The position numbers and the translations under genes are program-made. Below are positions 12,374-29,325 of a DNA stretch of 64,000 nucleotides, one piece after another (positions within the stretch are counted from its first letter, which is position 1; the number at the start of each line of letters is the position of its first letter). The stretch spans positions 8,318,698-8,382,697 of the forward strand of contig OZ037765.1 in NCBI GenBank assembly GCA_964035545.1, read 5' to 3'. The DNA is from Bugula neritina (taxonomy: Eukaryota; Animalia; Bryozoa). The notes under the pieces are model-generated. The model had not been told where the DNA came from. It was given only the letters and a program-made list of their open reading frames with translations, and did not search any database.

Positions 12374-15300
12374 TCAAACATTAATGAAAATGTTTTTATA
12401 ATGCATGTATGCAGCAACCAGTACCCAGAAGGTTGTGCTCCAGAGGTTCATGAACAGCTGAGTCAAATGAGTGTTGCTGACCAGAAATGAAACAGGCACC
12501 AGGCTACCCAGTGTCTCTGAACCCATATATATGAATATTGAGTTCATACCTGAAATTGTGTTATAAAGGGCATTATGTTATCAAACTTTCCAGTGAACAC
12601 CCTTTTTACGAGAAAATAATTTGAAAAAAAATTGAATGCAATTTTGTTCAAACTTTTATCCTGTATTATAAACTAATACAGATTGACAGTGCATTGCATT
12701 AAACAAATTATCATCATTATGAACATCTGTATATTAGAATATTTGTGCAGCCATTGTTTGTTTGGTCTACAATCGGTGTTGAAAAACAAAAATGTAGAAA
12801 ACCCAGTATTTTTAAACATAATCTTACAGTTAACTAATTACATGAATACTTTTTTCTGGCAACAATAAAACTAGCTCAGTAACTCGACTAACCTGGGTAT
12901 ATGAATGGAGCACCTGTCCAGTATTCTTTCACATCTATGATGACATATAAGAAACACAGCAGAAGATAAGCCATAGCAGCCAAAGCAATGACAAAACTGG
13001 CAGACCTATCAAAAATAGTAGCAGTACTTTACAGCCAATCATTGAATTCGACAGTGAGTAATATTATGCAGTTGTTAATTGAATATCATTACAATTCACA
13101 GTCAAAAAGAAAGGTATGCATTACGTTATGAATGTTATATTATAATATTATGAATGTATATATTATTACCACAGATTTTTGTTGAGTGGAATCCAACCCT
13201 CATTTTGAGATGCACAAGTTAGTAGTAAAGCTATGGCACCCTAAAAAAGTAAAAATCTTGAATATAACTTTATAGTTTATACGCTGGTTTTTTCCAAATG
13301 CATTAATATCATCAAGGTTGTTTGAGATCTTAATTTGGGAATCTTGAAAAAATATCCTATAAAAACTAAATTTACAGAGTTCACTAGAAACTGATCAAGC
13401 TGTTTTAAGAAATGATTGGTTTGTATGTAATATTTCACCAGAATGGCATCATATTTTAATGTACATATTTCATAATGTATAAAACAAGAACACTATTATG
13501 ACCATGTTAACTCCAAAATAATTTATTTAACTTTTCACATAAATATGCTAATCATTAGGCTAAAATAAACTCAGGTTTTTTTTCAAAAAATGAGAATAAT
13601 TTCTTTAGTTAACAGCTACTCAATATAATTAAAAACTTTTTCCATACTATATATTATGAAGATGAAGGTTTGTCTATCTTGTGAAATATGTGAAACTACA
13701 TTGTTGGGTTGGTATAAAAACCTTTTGACTAATCCATAAATTTGAGACACACTAAAAATAAAAAAGAAATTTATATAATTTCACTGTATAAAATAAATAC
13801 TAAAAGCTTGGCAATTATAAACAGAAGCGGAATTACTCCTTTATCTATAACATTTCATTTGTTTCAAATTCAGAAACTTCTAGGTCTTGGTATAACATCA
13901 TATTGTCTACTGCACAAAAACTGTACAATTGATATATTTACCGGTATAATTTCATAAATACCTGCTACAGTGCAGCTTAGCATGTATTTTATAAATCATC
14001 TTTTCAACTTTTAATGTTGATTTTTTCTGGGTTCATATATATTATATACAGTATGCATAGCCATTTCATGCTATTTGTAATAAAAATATATTCAACTGAT
14101 AAAAAACCAATAGAATGTACACAAACAGTGAAAACATCAGAAGTTTTGCAAACAGTTTTTTATAATTTAGGCCTCTCTAAAAATAGATATATATGCAGGT
14201 GATGGGTTATGATCAATTGACATTAACAGTTCTGCGTACTTACCAAACCTACAGCCCATGTTATCCATCTGGTGATTCTAGCTTTAACAGATGTGTATGT
14301 GACCAGTATTCTGCCAGCCTACAATCACGTGACACAGTGCAGTAACTAGACTATTATACATTTTCGTCTTTGTTTACAGAATGAGTTGCCGAAATAAACA
14401 CTAAACATGTTCACAGCCCTACTTTTCATACGATACTATCTATTGACTTTGTCTACTCACCATGACATATGATCACTGACTTACTTGAACACCTAAGAAG
14501 CATAAGAATATGGAAGTAAGTGTTCCAAGCAACCCCTCAGGATCTGTTCCTGAACACTGATAAAGTTTCTGTAAGTAAACCAAATTATACAAAATAAAAG
14601 ACAACCATGAACAAAGGTTACTATCAGGTTTTATTAGGTATAAAAAGTGTTTTTAAAAGTCTTGAATTGAATAGTTAATTTTTATTTTTGACTAACAATG
14701 ATACCAGGGAGTTGTGTTCTCACTGAGTAATAAATTGATATAATATATTACTTGCAATGTATGTTTTTTTAACCTTTTACCAATCTTTTCAATGAAGCTT
14801 ACAAGAGAAAATTCACTCAGAGAATTCAGCAGAGATAATGCGTGTTCAGGATACAAACCTTGCAAGTTCCGTACTGATATATGTGACTTTGGGTGAAAAC
14901 TTTTAAGTCGATATACTTTGCAATCCCGCCAGTGCAGTTGAAGTATTTACCCTCTTCAGATATGCCGCCGGGACCAATGTAGCCACTTCAAATATATTAC
15001 ATAATTTATAATCTAAATTATATAAAATATGTATACCAATCAACTGCATAGATAATGCAAGAAATTTAAAATTGATTCAGTAATTTAATTAATGGCCTAC
15101 ATCACATTATAAATCACTTAGCTCTATGATAATTATATGTAGAGCCTTTTGGTAATAAACACAATAATAGAAAGTAGGTGCAGCTAATTTTTTACACTAG
15201 AGTAGCCCAATTTTCTATTTCAATCAACATGTACAGGTATCTGAATACATACGTAGGGCAGTCATTCATGTCGTATGGTATTGCCAGAGTCACTATAGTG

Positions 15301-18300
15301 TGTAAAGCTAAGAGAGTCAAAGCTATTAACCAGCTGGGCCAAAAATAGATAACATCCCTTAGTGAATGATACCATCGGGGCTCCTGTGAACAAATGCATA
15401 AAACACATAACTGTGAAACTTCATATTTAAATTAACACAAAAAACTTTCTTAGTCATCGTAAATAATGACATATAAGATTTATCCGCTCACGGACTTTAA
15501 AAATATTTATCTGTCCAATAGGTTTTCTACAACTTATTTTTAATCAAGCAGTGCTCAAGCTTCAATGATAATGAAAATAGCCGATATTTGACGTTTCCTC
15601 TCTGCGTGACCTGGCCTTTAAGCACATTTGCTGTTAAATTGCTTTGCTGAGATGAATATTAATTTTTACAAACCTTTCCATCAGTGTAAGGTTGTAACAG
15701 CCATAAACACAAAATAATTCACCTCTGATAATACTTGTTTTGTGTAACCATATGAGAAAGTCAACTCAGTGAGTGCCACAACCAAGTATGTTAATGAAAA
15801 TCGTTGAAGGACTCCGGGTATCCGCAACTTTGACAAGTCATTTCCTGTAACCGTACAGAGTTAATCAAGCACCTTACGTAACCTTATACTGTGTGCTATG
15901 AACTGTCCATAGTCACATGACTGCTTAGAACTGAGTGCAATATAATGATGCGCCTGCAACTATTGTCTTTGATATGTTTTTATCATTCGCTAACATTTAA
16001 TAAAAATTCCTACCATGAGAACATCAGAAAATTTGTTTAGAAACGGCTTAGCAATATCTGTATTTTATATTGCATAGTAACCTCTTGAATGTAATGAAAT
16101 GTAAAATGTTGTAGTTGTGTTCTCTGAACTAAATAATTGAATAGAGGCACTGGTGAGTTTTCTGAATGCACATTTAATCAAATTTTTTCACTCTACAGTC
16201 TAGATATGTGTAAGGAAGCAATATGGACATACCTGATGTAGAATTTACCATCAAACCCAAGACAAACAGTTTAATACATCGAATAATAATCTGAATGAAG
16301 AGCTGTAATTTACTTTTGCCTTTCCGGTGGTGTAGGCTGAAGACAAAAGCTAATGCTGTTCCCATTATAAAGACAAACCTAACAAAAAAATTATTCAGTA
16401 GATAGAATATTATAGGTTATATGAATGCATTATGTTTAGCAATAACTAGAATGAGACTGGTTATCATTTAGACAAAAAGCAGTAATTAAACTTTCAGAAC
16501 ATAAACTGAATAATCATATTGAATTGTAATTGACATACATTAGTCCTTACCGCAGAGTAAACATGGCTGATTTTTATTATTATTGCAGCGTCTTTTGCTA
16601 GAAGGTTTAGAGGCCGACATGCTGCACTGCTATTATAATAAAAATATATAAAATTAGCTCACCAAGGGAACACCAGGTCTGCGACAGTGAGGCCATTCCA
16701 TGCCGAATGAGCAAAGAACCAATACTTCCCTCCACCATAGTTTACAAATATCATGATAGTCAGACTGAGGCTACATTCAATATAATGTTTTTTAATCTGC
16801 AGTCAACTCATTTTGCAACTCAGAACATAAGGTTACAACATATTACAAAGTATAGATCTCATAAGTTGAAATTATCTTATTCCAATAGACTTCTACTACA
16901 AAGACTTTATTAAAAAGAATTTCAACTGGAATTATGTCATGCGATAATAGGAGTGAACTTAAATGTTGAAAAGGAAATTAATGTTTTATTTTCATAAGTA
17001 CGAAAATTTCAACAAAAACATTTATAGCATAAAGCATTATTTACCAACACAAAGGTTGCCATCATTATTACTTATCTGATTTGAAGACTTTAATATATAT
17101 ACAACTACTACAAGACATACTAATAATATCTTCAAGAGCAGTGAAATGCAGAAAAAATAGTATCAGAGAAGCTACTTGTCACTAACTATTGAACTTTAGC
17201 TCTGTTTGAACAATTTTTTTTTAGAAAACCTGACCAATCTATACTCAATTAGTGTAATTTAAAATGTTGGCAAAAGGTGACTATAGAATCTAGAGTTAGT
17301 GATAGTACGCTTGCACATTGCTCCCAGCTTTGTGAAATATAAATTAAACAATCACAATAATTTATATAAAAACAAAAAATTATTTAACATAAAGAGTAAA
17401 AGAAAACATATACTAACCCCCTGAAAGCATCTAATGATTTTATTCGTGATTTCTTAGTTTCAGGTCTATTTCCCGTAGAAACTGAGTTGGTCGAACCCAA
17501 ATCCTAAAAATTACTTCCTAAGTGAAATATTTTACATGATGTCATGTTTGATATATTATACACTACTTATCGATAACACGACAAATAAAATAATTTGAAA
17601 AAAAATTAAAGTGGAAACACATCAAAAAAGCAAATATGAAAAGCTTAATAAGTATACTATAAAAGAAATCCTACCGATTGAACTAAAGCGTCATTTACAG
17701 AAGAATCAGAAAAGCGGCAACAATTGCATCTAAAACAGAAGACAACTTTATGCTAAACATAGTAAACGTGCACACAGTAGAAATACTGAGATAAGTTGGA
17801 AATAATATAATTGAAGAACTAGTAGAGCTAAAATCTAAATACCTTAGCACTAGTTTGATTAGAATCCACAACAACGAGAGTCCGGTTAAGCAAAGGAACA
17901 TGTAAAGTATAGCTAAAAAGGATAATTGAAACACTTGAGGGGTGCTTATGAAGCAACACACATCATACAAAATATCTTCAAACTTTGTTTCAGTCAATAG
18001 ATAAAAAAATATACTATGGCGGCTATCGCCATAATACAAAGTAACTTTCATTTGAACAAAAATTCATTGAACTTACGCATATAGCCATCTTTTCCATCAT
18101 CTATAGTTATGAGCTCACAGGACGCATTAGCTTCACCTGAACTCGAGCTGCTTACCAATAATTGATAGTAAGCATGCTCCATTACATCTATTTTCTTTCT
18201 AAAAAAGAGAGCAATAAAAATTAAGCATTCCCATTCTACTTTAAAAGTTTATAAATTGAGCACTAATAAACTATTCTATTTAAAAACTACAATACAAAGC

Positions 18301-19109
18301 TAAGTATTGTTTGATTTTTAATTACCTAACCCTTACATAAAAAAACCTTTATATATATATAAACCAACAGTTTTTGCTTTAAAGATTGGTATTTAGTAAC
18401 CAAGATTTAGAGCGAAAGTTAAAATTGAATAAATTCACTAAATATTACTTGCTAAAAAGAAATATTGCACATAAAAGTCAAACAAGAGTCTGAGTATATC
18501 ACACTACTCACTGGCATAGAAACTCTGAGGAGTTATCATCTTCCGGAATAAGAGAGAGTTTCACTATTGTGCTATGGTTAGCATATAGAGTTAAATTTTG
18601 CTGAGCACCAGGATCTGCAGGAACTATACCAATTTCTATGAGCTTACACTACAATATATACGAGCAGCTGCAATAATGATTACAATATGTGCACATAATA
18701 CACTAATAACTTAGCAAGAACTCTCTCATCAGTCCATAAAGTTTAAGATTACCTTCCAGCAGTCAGTGTTTCGAGCCAGAACAGATATATTGCCATGGCC
18801 ATTGTAGTCCGTAACACTAATTTCAAGAATGCTTTGATCTATTCTGAGAGAGGCTTGGCCAGCAGGTAATACCAGCAGTAAAATACTCAAAGTCAAAACG
18901 ACTGTAAACCAAAATAGTAACAGAACTAATGGATTACTAAGCAATGGAAAATGAATGTATTGAATTGTTATTGAACAGCTTTGTAAACAAAAGTCCAGCC
19001 ATAATATAACTGAAACACATTACAAGTCACAGTTTGTGAAAGACTACAAAAACTTACCATAAGAAGCAGTTCCTAGAGATAGTATTCTGTTAGTGTTAGA
19101 TACAGCCAT
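12374..19109 (-). CDS. HGSNAT: Heparan-alpha-glucosaminide N-acetyltransferase (lysosomal multipass membrane protein)
   Basis: About 17 GT-AG exons, e.g. 19109-19058, 19009-18753, 18648-18512, about 17503-17419 ([10 protein letters not shown]), about 16770-16663 ([32 protein letters not shown], with the catalytic-site His), about 15845-15674 ([10 protein letters not shown]), CPT|[16 protein letters not shown], and last exon 12549-12374 ([12 protein letters not shown]...KNIFINV*). The start exon is less certain than the core. Confidence 0.93.
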
Positions 19110-19827
19110 TTTGCTAACAACTGCTAAAAACTTGAAATTACCTGAAATATGATATAATATTTCTAATTAAATTCTTAATAACATATTATAAGGTCAATAC
19201 ATAAAATATTAGGTTATAAAATTAATATAAAATTAGGTCAATTTCAAAAGTAATATGAATATGCTAAAAAGAACTTATAGTTTAAGTTATAACGTCCAAA
19301 TAGTTGTTGTACTTAGAAAAAGACAATTAATGCAAATAAAAGCATATTGATATAATAGTAATAACCAGTAATATTTATATTTCATTATACTTATTCTATT
19401 AATAAGTCATAAAGTAATTTACTTATAGTTATACTTATAGTTTTACTTTTACTTTTAGTAAGTGCAATTACTAATTTACTACTGAGTAGTATAACTATAA
19501 TTAATATTAATTATTATAATACTAAAAGTAATTATAATATGCCCAAAATATTAGTTGAATAATCTGTTTAATAAAGCAATAAAACTAAAATGTTTCTCGA
19601 ATACTTATTCATGATTAAACTGCTAGCTCGTAACGGTAAAGATATATATAATTATAATTTACATTGAAGATTTTATGTAAGGAAATGATAATAAAAACCA
19701 AAGATTTGAATCGCTGTTTAATCTTTGCTAGAAAGTCTCGTGATTGCAGAGGATAACAGAAGCCTTGTCTACATTTATAGGTTAGGTGGGATAACTCTGT
19801 AAGTGAAAGCTAGGAATAATAAAAAAA

Positions 19828-19841
19828 ACTGCTATGGTAAC
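19828..19841 (+). promoter_or_regulatory. Candidate RFX X-box in the divergent HGSNAT/GPX4 promoter region
   Basis: ACTGCTATGGTAAC fits the relaxed X-box consensus RYYNYYWWRRNRAC and lies about 70 bp upstream of the first candidate GPX4 ATG (19911). Confidence 0.35.
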
Positions 19842-19910
19842 AATATTGAATTGAACGCCCCAAAGATAAAAAAGGACAACTCTTGTAAACGCCCATTTTC
19901 ACTTTGCAGA

Positions 19911-22900
19911 ATGACTGGTTTCCTTCGTATGTTTATCAGCACGGTGAGGTTTAATGGTTGCGTAACTTTATTTGTCAAAGCATAGCTATTTTAACCAGTT
20001 GCTGATGAGACCTGGTGACTGCAAGGTCTTTCATTTATTGACTGGCGTTTCCTGTATTGTTGGTGCTATATTCTCGATTACTGTATACAATCATTATCAA
20101 ATGGTGAGTGAGACTCAGACTGAGTGTAACACTAATACTAACAGTAACACTAACTGTAACTCTTCAAGTTTAACTCTTGCTCTTATTCTTAGTTAGTAAC
20201 TCAGTAACGTAATTTAAACTGAGCAAGTAACACTAACTGACTCCTACTCTAACGCACTATCACTCTCAGTGCTGTCTGAGTCACGTTTACCTCAACTTCA
20301 AGTTTCACATCCACATTGTCATTGTGAAATTCATTCACTCTCACTGTGGTTGGTTAAATATCCAAATAAATTTGATATCCATTTCAACTTTTACTTGATT
20401 AAACTGAAACTCAAAGCTGGGTCCTACTCTCTTAGCAGGGTTAAAGTCGATCACATATTGATATGTATATAAATGTAATTAATTACAATTACATTTGTCA
20501 ATTGCAATTGCAAAAATTCCTTGACTCAAGTCAACTTGCTAAAATAATTTGAAAAGATTATGATTTGACTCGACTTGTAGTTGCTCGACTATTGCAGTTT
20601 TACTATTACTACTACTATTAGACATTAGTATTACTTGGTGATTTACTATTAGTAATAATTATAGCAATACTAATCTAATAGTAGTTAAATTAAAATTTAA
20701 TATTTTCAAATTTCATTTCCATAAAAATCAAACCTAAAGTGTAAGTATTAAGATATTTCTTATCTAACATAACTATCACCAAGAGCCGATAGGCAATGGT
20801 TATACTTATAGTAATACTAATACTATCGGTATCACTATGGCTATTAATATGAGATTTAGTAATTCTAATGGACTAAATCTAATACTAATAGTAATACTAA
20901 TAGTGATAAAAATACTGTTTATCATTATATACTTTACTAATCGTAATAGTAATTGACTTGCAGTTGCTGCAAGTTATTGATACTGTCACAAATCAAAATG
21001 CCAAAGGCAAATACTGAATTTATTACTAGCACCTCTAGTTGTACTGGTATTAAAAATAGAAGTGGTGTCTTATAATTACTTACTGGTTTTTTTATGCAAT
21101 TTCAAGCTGTATATTAATATGAAATTCGAAAATGCTGATAGTTAACTATGGGCATTTAATTTGTCACCATGCAATAAAATTAAATGTAATATTTTTGCTC
21201 TAAAAAAACCTTTTCAGTCAAGATGTCTTGTTGTGGAACTAATAAAGTTCAACAGACATTGGTGATGCCTGAACACAATGAGGTAAAGCTTAGTGTGTGT
21301 GTGTGTTAGTGTTTTTTCTTGTTTCATTGGGGTTTATTGTAGGTTGCCATTTTGGCATTTAGTGTGAGTTTGGTTTTCAAACAATGGTAGTTTTTATTTA
21401 TATTTCTAGTGCTTATTCACTTTGTAGAGTACATTTCATAGACGTCTAGTTTTAGCTCTTATAATAGTGTCTTCACTTGCTAAAAACATCATTTTCTTAG
21501 ACAGAAAAACTTAATTTTCAAAAAATATTTTTTGAAATGTCAAGTTTTCCAATAGTAATTGTACATGTAGTGCTGATGAACAAAAACAAAATCTGCCATT
21601 GCATAATAATCGAGTTTTCTTACTGTGCTACTGAAAACTTAATTTCAAAGCATGTCTAGTTTATTTTCTTGCTGAATTTTAAATAGGCGGCAGAAAGTGG
21701 TACCCTTTGGAAAACAGCGTCATCTATTTATGAATTTAGTGCCAAAAGCATTGATGGAGATGAGGTTTCATTAGAAAAATACAGGTATAATGATTATGAA
21801 CCACTTGTTTACACTATAATGCTTGTTATTGTCACTCTTGAATGGAAATACGATGTCAGTTTTTTTACCTCTATATACATACCTATATCTTTAGGGGAGA
21901 TGTTTGCCTCATCGTCAATGTGGCGAGCCAATGAGGCTTTACAGACAAGAATTATAAGCAACTGCAGGCACTCCATACAAAGTATGCGCAGTCCGCGGGG
22001 CTTAGAATTCTTGCATTTCCTTGCAATCAGTTTGGTAGCCAGGTGAGCCATGTTGAATGCTCGTTGAACAGAAGAATTGTGCAAAGGTGCAAATACACAG
22101 GCGAAATTCACTATGCTACTAGTTGTATAGTGAATAGTTATACTACTAGTTGCATAGTGAATAGTTATACTACTAGTTGTATAATGAGCAGTTATACTAC
22201 TAGTTGTATAGTGAATAGTTATACTACTAGTTGCATAGTGAATAGTTATACTACTAGTTGTATAGTGAATAGTTATGCTACTAGTTTGAGTTACTTATTC
22301 TCTTAGGAATGTATGCATTTTTGAGTTGAACTTTAAGAACTGCATACTGATAGAGAATTGTGTATTGAAAAAATTCTATGTAAAAACTCACTCAACTCAG
22401 TCAAGGAGATTCACCTAGCAAATTTTTTGCTCAATTTTTGAGTTATTTTGTTTGAAATTGAAAATCTATGTTTAAAACTCTAGTTTACTGGCAGTTATCT
22501 GCTATAGATTTCCCAGTTTCTTTATTATTTTCCTGGATTAGATGATTGGTGTGACAAACAATGAAATGAATATTAGTGTTTTTTATTTCCTTGAGTGTCC
22601 ACACAATATTTGTTGCTAAAATATATATAGTTGATGATTTCAGAGAAATGTAGCTTTTCTGTATAAAGCTATTTGTGGAGATCTAATTTTCACCCCATCT
22701 GAATAATTTTTTCATTTTTCTTTGAATGCATATGTTTTTTTTTCATTTGGCTACAGGAACCAGGCACCGATGAAGAAATAAAAAAGTTTGCTACTGAAAA
22801 ATATGGTGCCCAGTTTGATTTGTTTAGTAAAATTAAAGTCAATGGAGATCAAGCTCATCCACTATGGAAATATCTCAAAGAAAAGCAATCTGGCTTTCTT

Positions 22901-24362
22901 GTTAAGTAAGTGAATATGATAGATTAATGAATGGCTGGAGTTGTGTATGAAGCTGTTAGGTTTTTGGCGTGCATGTGGTATATACTGGCATTTATTCCCG
23001 TAGGACTACATCATGAAATAGTGAAGCCCAGGACAAGCAACGCTTTGATATTGACAAACTATTTGGCTTGTATCTATTTTTGTTTATATGCTAGTATCTT
23101 GATAATCTATGCTTGTTATAGTCATGTCGCCTATAAGTTTACTATTTTAAATTATATTTGTTATTAGCTCAACTTGATTTACTTTTTGATGAAAATTTGA
23201 ACTGTGCTTTTGGCATATTATCATTGGCATTATTTGTTCACTCTACCTAAGATAGAATTATTTGGGCTATGGAAATAGGATCTTTAATATATTTTCTTTA
23301 CTTAGTCATTTAATTTTGAACTCATAGATCAACTAGCAAATTTCAAGTAAAAATAAATTGAGAAGGCCAGGTATTCACAAGTCTAAGAAACAAGCATGTA
23401 TTCCTTGTTTACTCGATAACTTGCAAAAATATATATGGAAAATATGTTCAAAAACAGTGGGTGCTATTTTTCAAACATTTTAATTTACTAGATTTACCAC
23501 TGTACAATAATGGAACCATTATTTTGCAGCCTTATACAAGTTCAAACTCATATTTCACTAAGCTAATACTCAATTGAGAGTAAAATTTTTTAAGCAAACT
23601 CAGTAGCAAAACCTATAACAAACTTTCTGCTAGTCAGCCATCAAATTCTTGTACCTTTTTTGCAACATGTACTCAACATTAAGTTGGGTCAATCAAAAAG
23701 GCACATGAATTTTAGCATTGTAACTGTTACTGTTCAAAGCTGTGCTCTCTTATGGTATTTCATTATTATATTGCTATTTATAGTCTAATTGGTTTAAAAA
23801 TATTGCTCAAATAGTCTAAAAATACCGCTGAAAGCATCCCTTATCAATTTTTTACTATATATTGTTTATATATGTTTTCAGTGCAATAAAATGGAACTTC
23901 AGCAAATTTCTTGTGAATAAAGATGGAGTTCCTGTGAAGAGATACGCACCTAACGCCGAGCCATTTGTAAGTCATAGCATCTTTATTACTTGGCATTTAG
24001 AATAATAATAGACTGTAGATGATTTCACTATCTGGGACACAGACATAATTATATGAAAAAATCATCTATATGGCATGAATGTTTTAATAAAACTTAACTA
24101 TGCTGAACATTCATGAATCATTCTAAACATTAATTAAACATGTTATAGTGGCTATTTGTTCAAAAACGTATTTGTAAAGTAGGTTATGTGTTTGAATGAA
24201 ATTTTCTTATCAGATATTGTCATTAATTATTTTATAGATTTGTTTCATTTATATCAGGAGTGAAGATAAAGAGCTTCATAAGTAGTTTTAATTACTGTTT
24301 TATTCTGTTATTTGTAGAGCTTTGAGAAGGACATAAGGAAAGAGCTGGGGTTAGACCCATAG
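19911..24362 (+). CDS. GPX4: Selenocysteine-containing phospholipid hydroperoxide glutathione peroxidase (GPX4/PHGPx-like)
   Basis: Core exons 21687-21784 ([33 protein letters not shown]), 21895-22042 ([20 protein letters not shown]...[14 protein letters not shown]; TGA at 21932-21934 at the catalytic position), 22757-22905 (EPG...[22 protein letters not shown]), 23882-23966 ([15 protein letters not shown]...RYAP), 24318-24362 (stop TAG followed by TAA). Catalytic tetrad U/Q/W/N is intact. Upstream exons 19911-19943 and 19999-20103 are phase compatible but less certain. Confidence 0.93.
22111..22286. repeat. 27-bp minisatellite (TATACTACTAGTTGTATAGTGAATAGT, about 6.5 copies) in a GPX4 intron
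   Basis: Visible tandem repeat; gives the YTTSCIVNS pseudo-ORF at 22043-22306. Confidence 0.9.
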
Positions 24363-24489
24363 TAAATCAAACAAATCCTTAGTATTTTCTATTCCATGCA
24401 ATGACTATTCATCTCTACTGCTATCTATTTTATAAACTATATTATTAATTTAGCTAATTACACTAAGTAAATCTCACTGCATGCTCTGT

Positions 24490-24564
24490 TCAATGGTATT
24501 ATGAAAGCTCTCACATAAAGTTCACAGGAGCCTGTGTCAGCTGGATGTCCAACCCACCAATTGA
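24490..24564 (+). promoter_or_regulatory. SECIS element (type II) in the GPX4 3'UTR
   Basis: Helix I TCAATGGT/ACCAATTGA; core ATGAA (24501-24505)...GGAT (24543-24546); helix II AGCTCTCACA/TGTGTCAGCT; unpaired AAA at 24517-24519; apical mini-helix GTTC/GAGC. Lies about 130 nt after the stop codon and upstream of AATAAA at 24659-24664. Confidence 0.88.
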
Positions 24565-24947
24565 TCTTTGCATTGAAGTGACATTTGCTTGGTGAATAAT
24601 TAATGAACCATGTGATTGTTCCTTTTGTATACTCTTTGTTGTATTTCACTTTTGAATGAATAAAACAAAAATAATAATTCCAGCGCAATATTTATAATCA
24701 GACAATAATAAGTATAAACCACATGCTAGCTTCAGCAGCCTTTGCTAAACTTGAATATCACCTGGAAGTAATTTTGCTCAGTACTATATACAAAACTTTA
24801 ACGACTGTACATTAAAATTTATAATGGAACATTTATAACAACAGTAGTCAGTGTCTGTGTGGTTGTTTTGCATGCTAGCATAGTATTCCTGTTGTAGTAT
24901 GCTTTTCAAGCCAACGATGTCTGGCCCCATCACATGATATTGATATA

Positions 24948-29325
<4,378 letters not shown>

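Noticed and set aside
9603-19109. TPST next to HGSNAT as a sulfation/heparan sulfate functional cluster
   Set aside because: Different compartments and substrates (Golgi protein sulfation versus lysosomal heparan sulfate catabolism); no evidence beyond adjacency.
21932-21934. GPX4 as a pseudogene with a premature stop
   Set aside because: The TGA is at the catalytic Sec position, the other exons are intact and a SECIS is present.
21809-22111. ORFs 21809-22111 (-) and 21819-22046 (+)
   Set aside because: Shadow frames of the GPX4 Sec exon; the true frame is interrupted by the recoded TGA.
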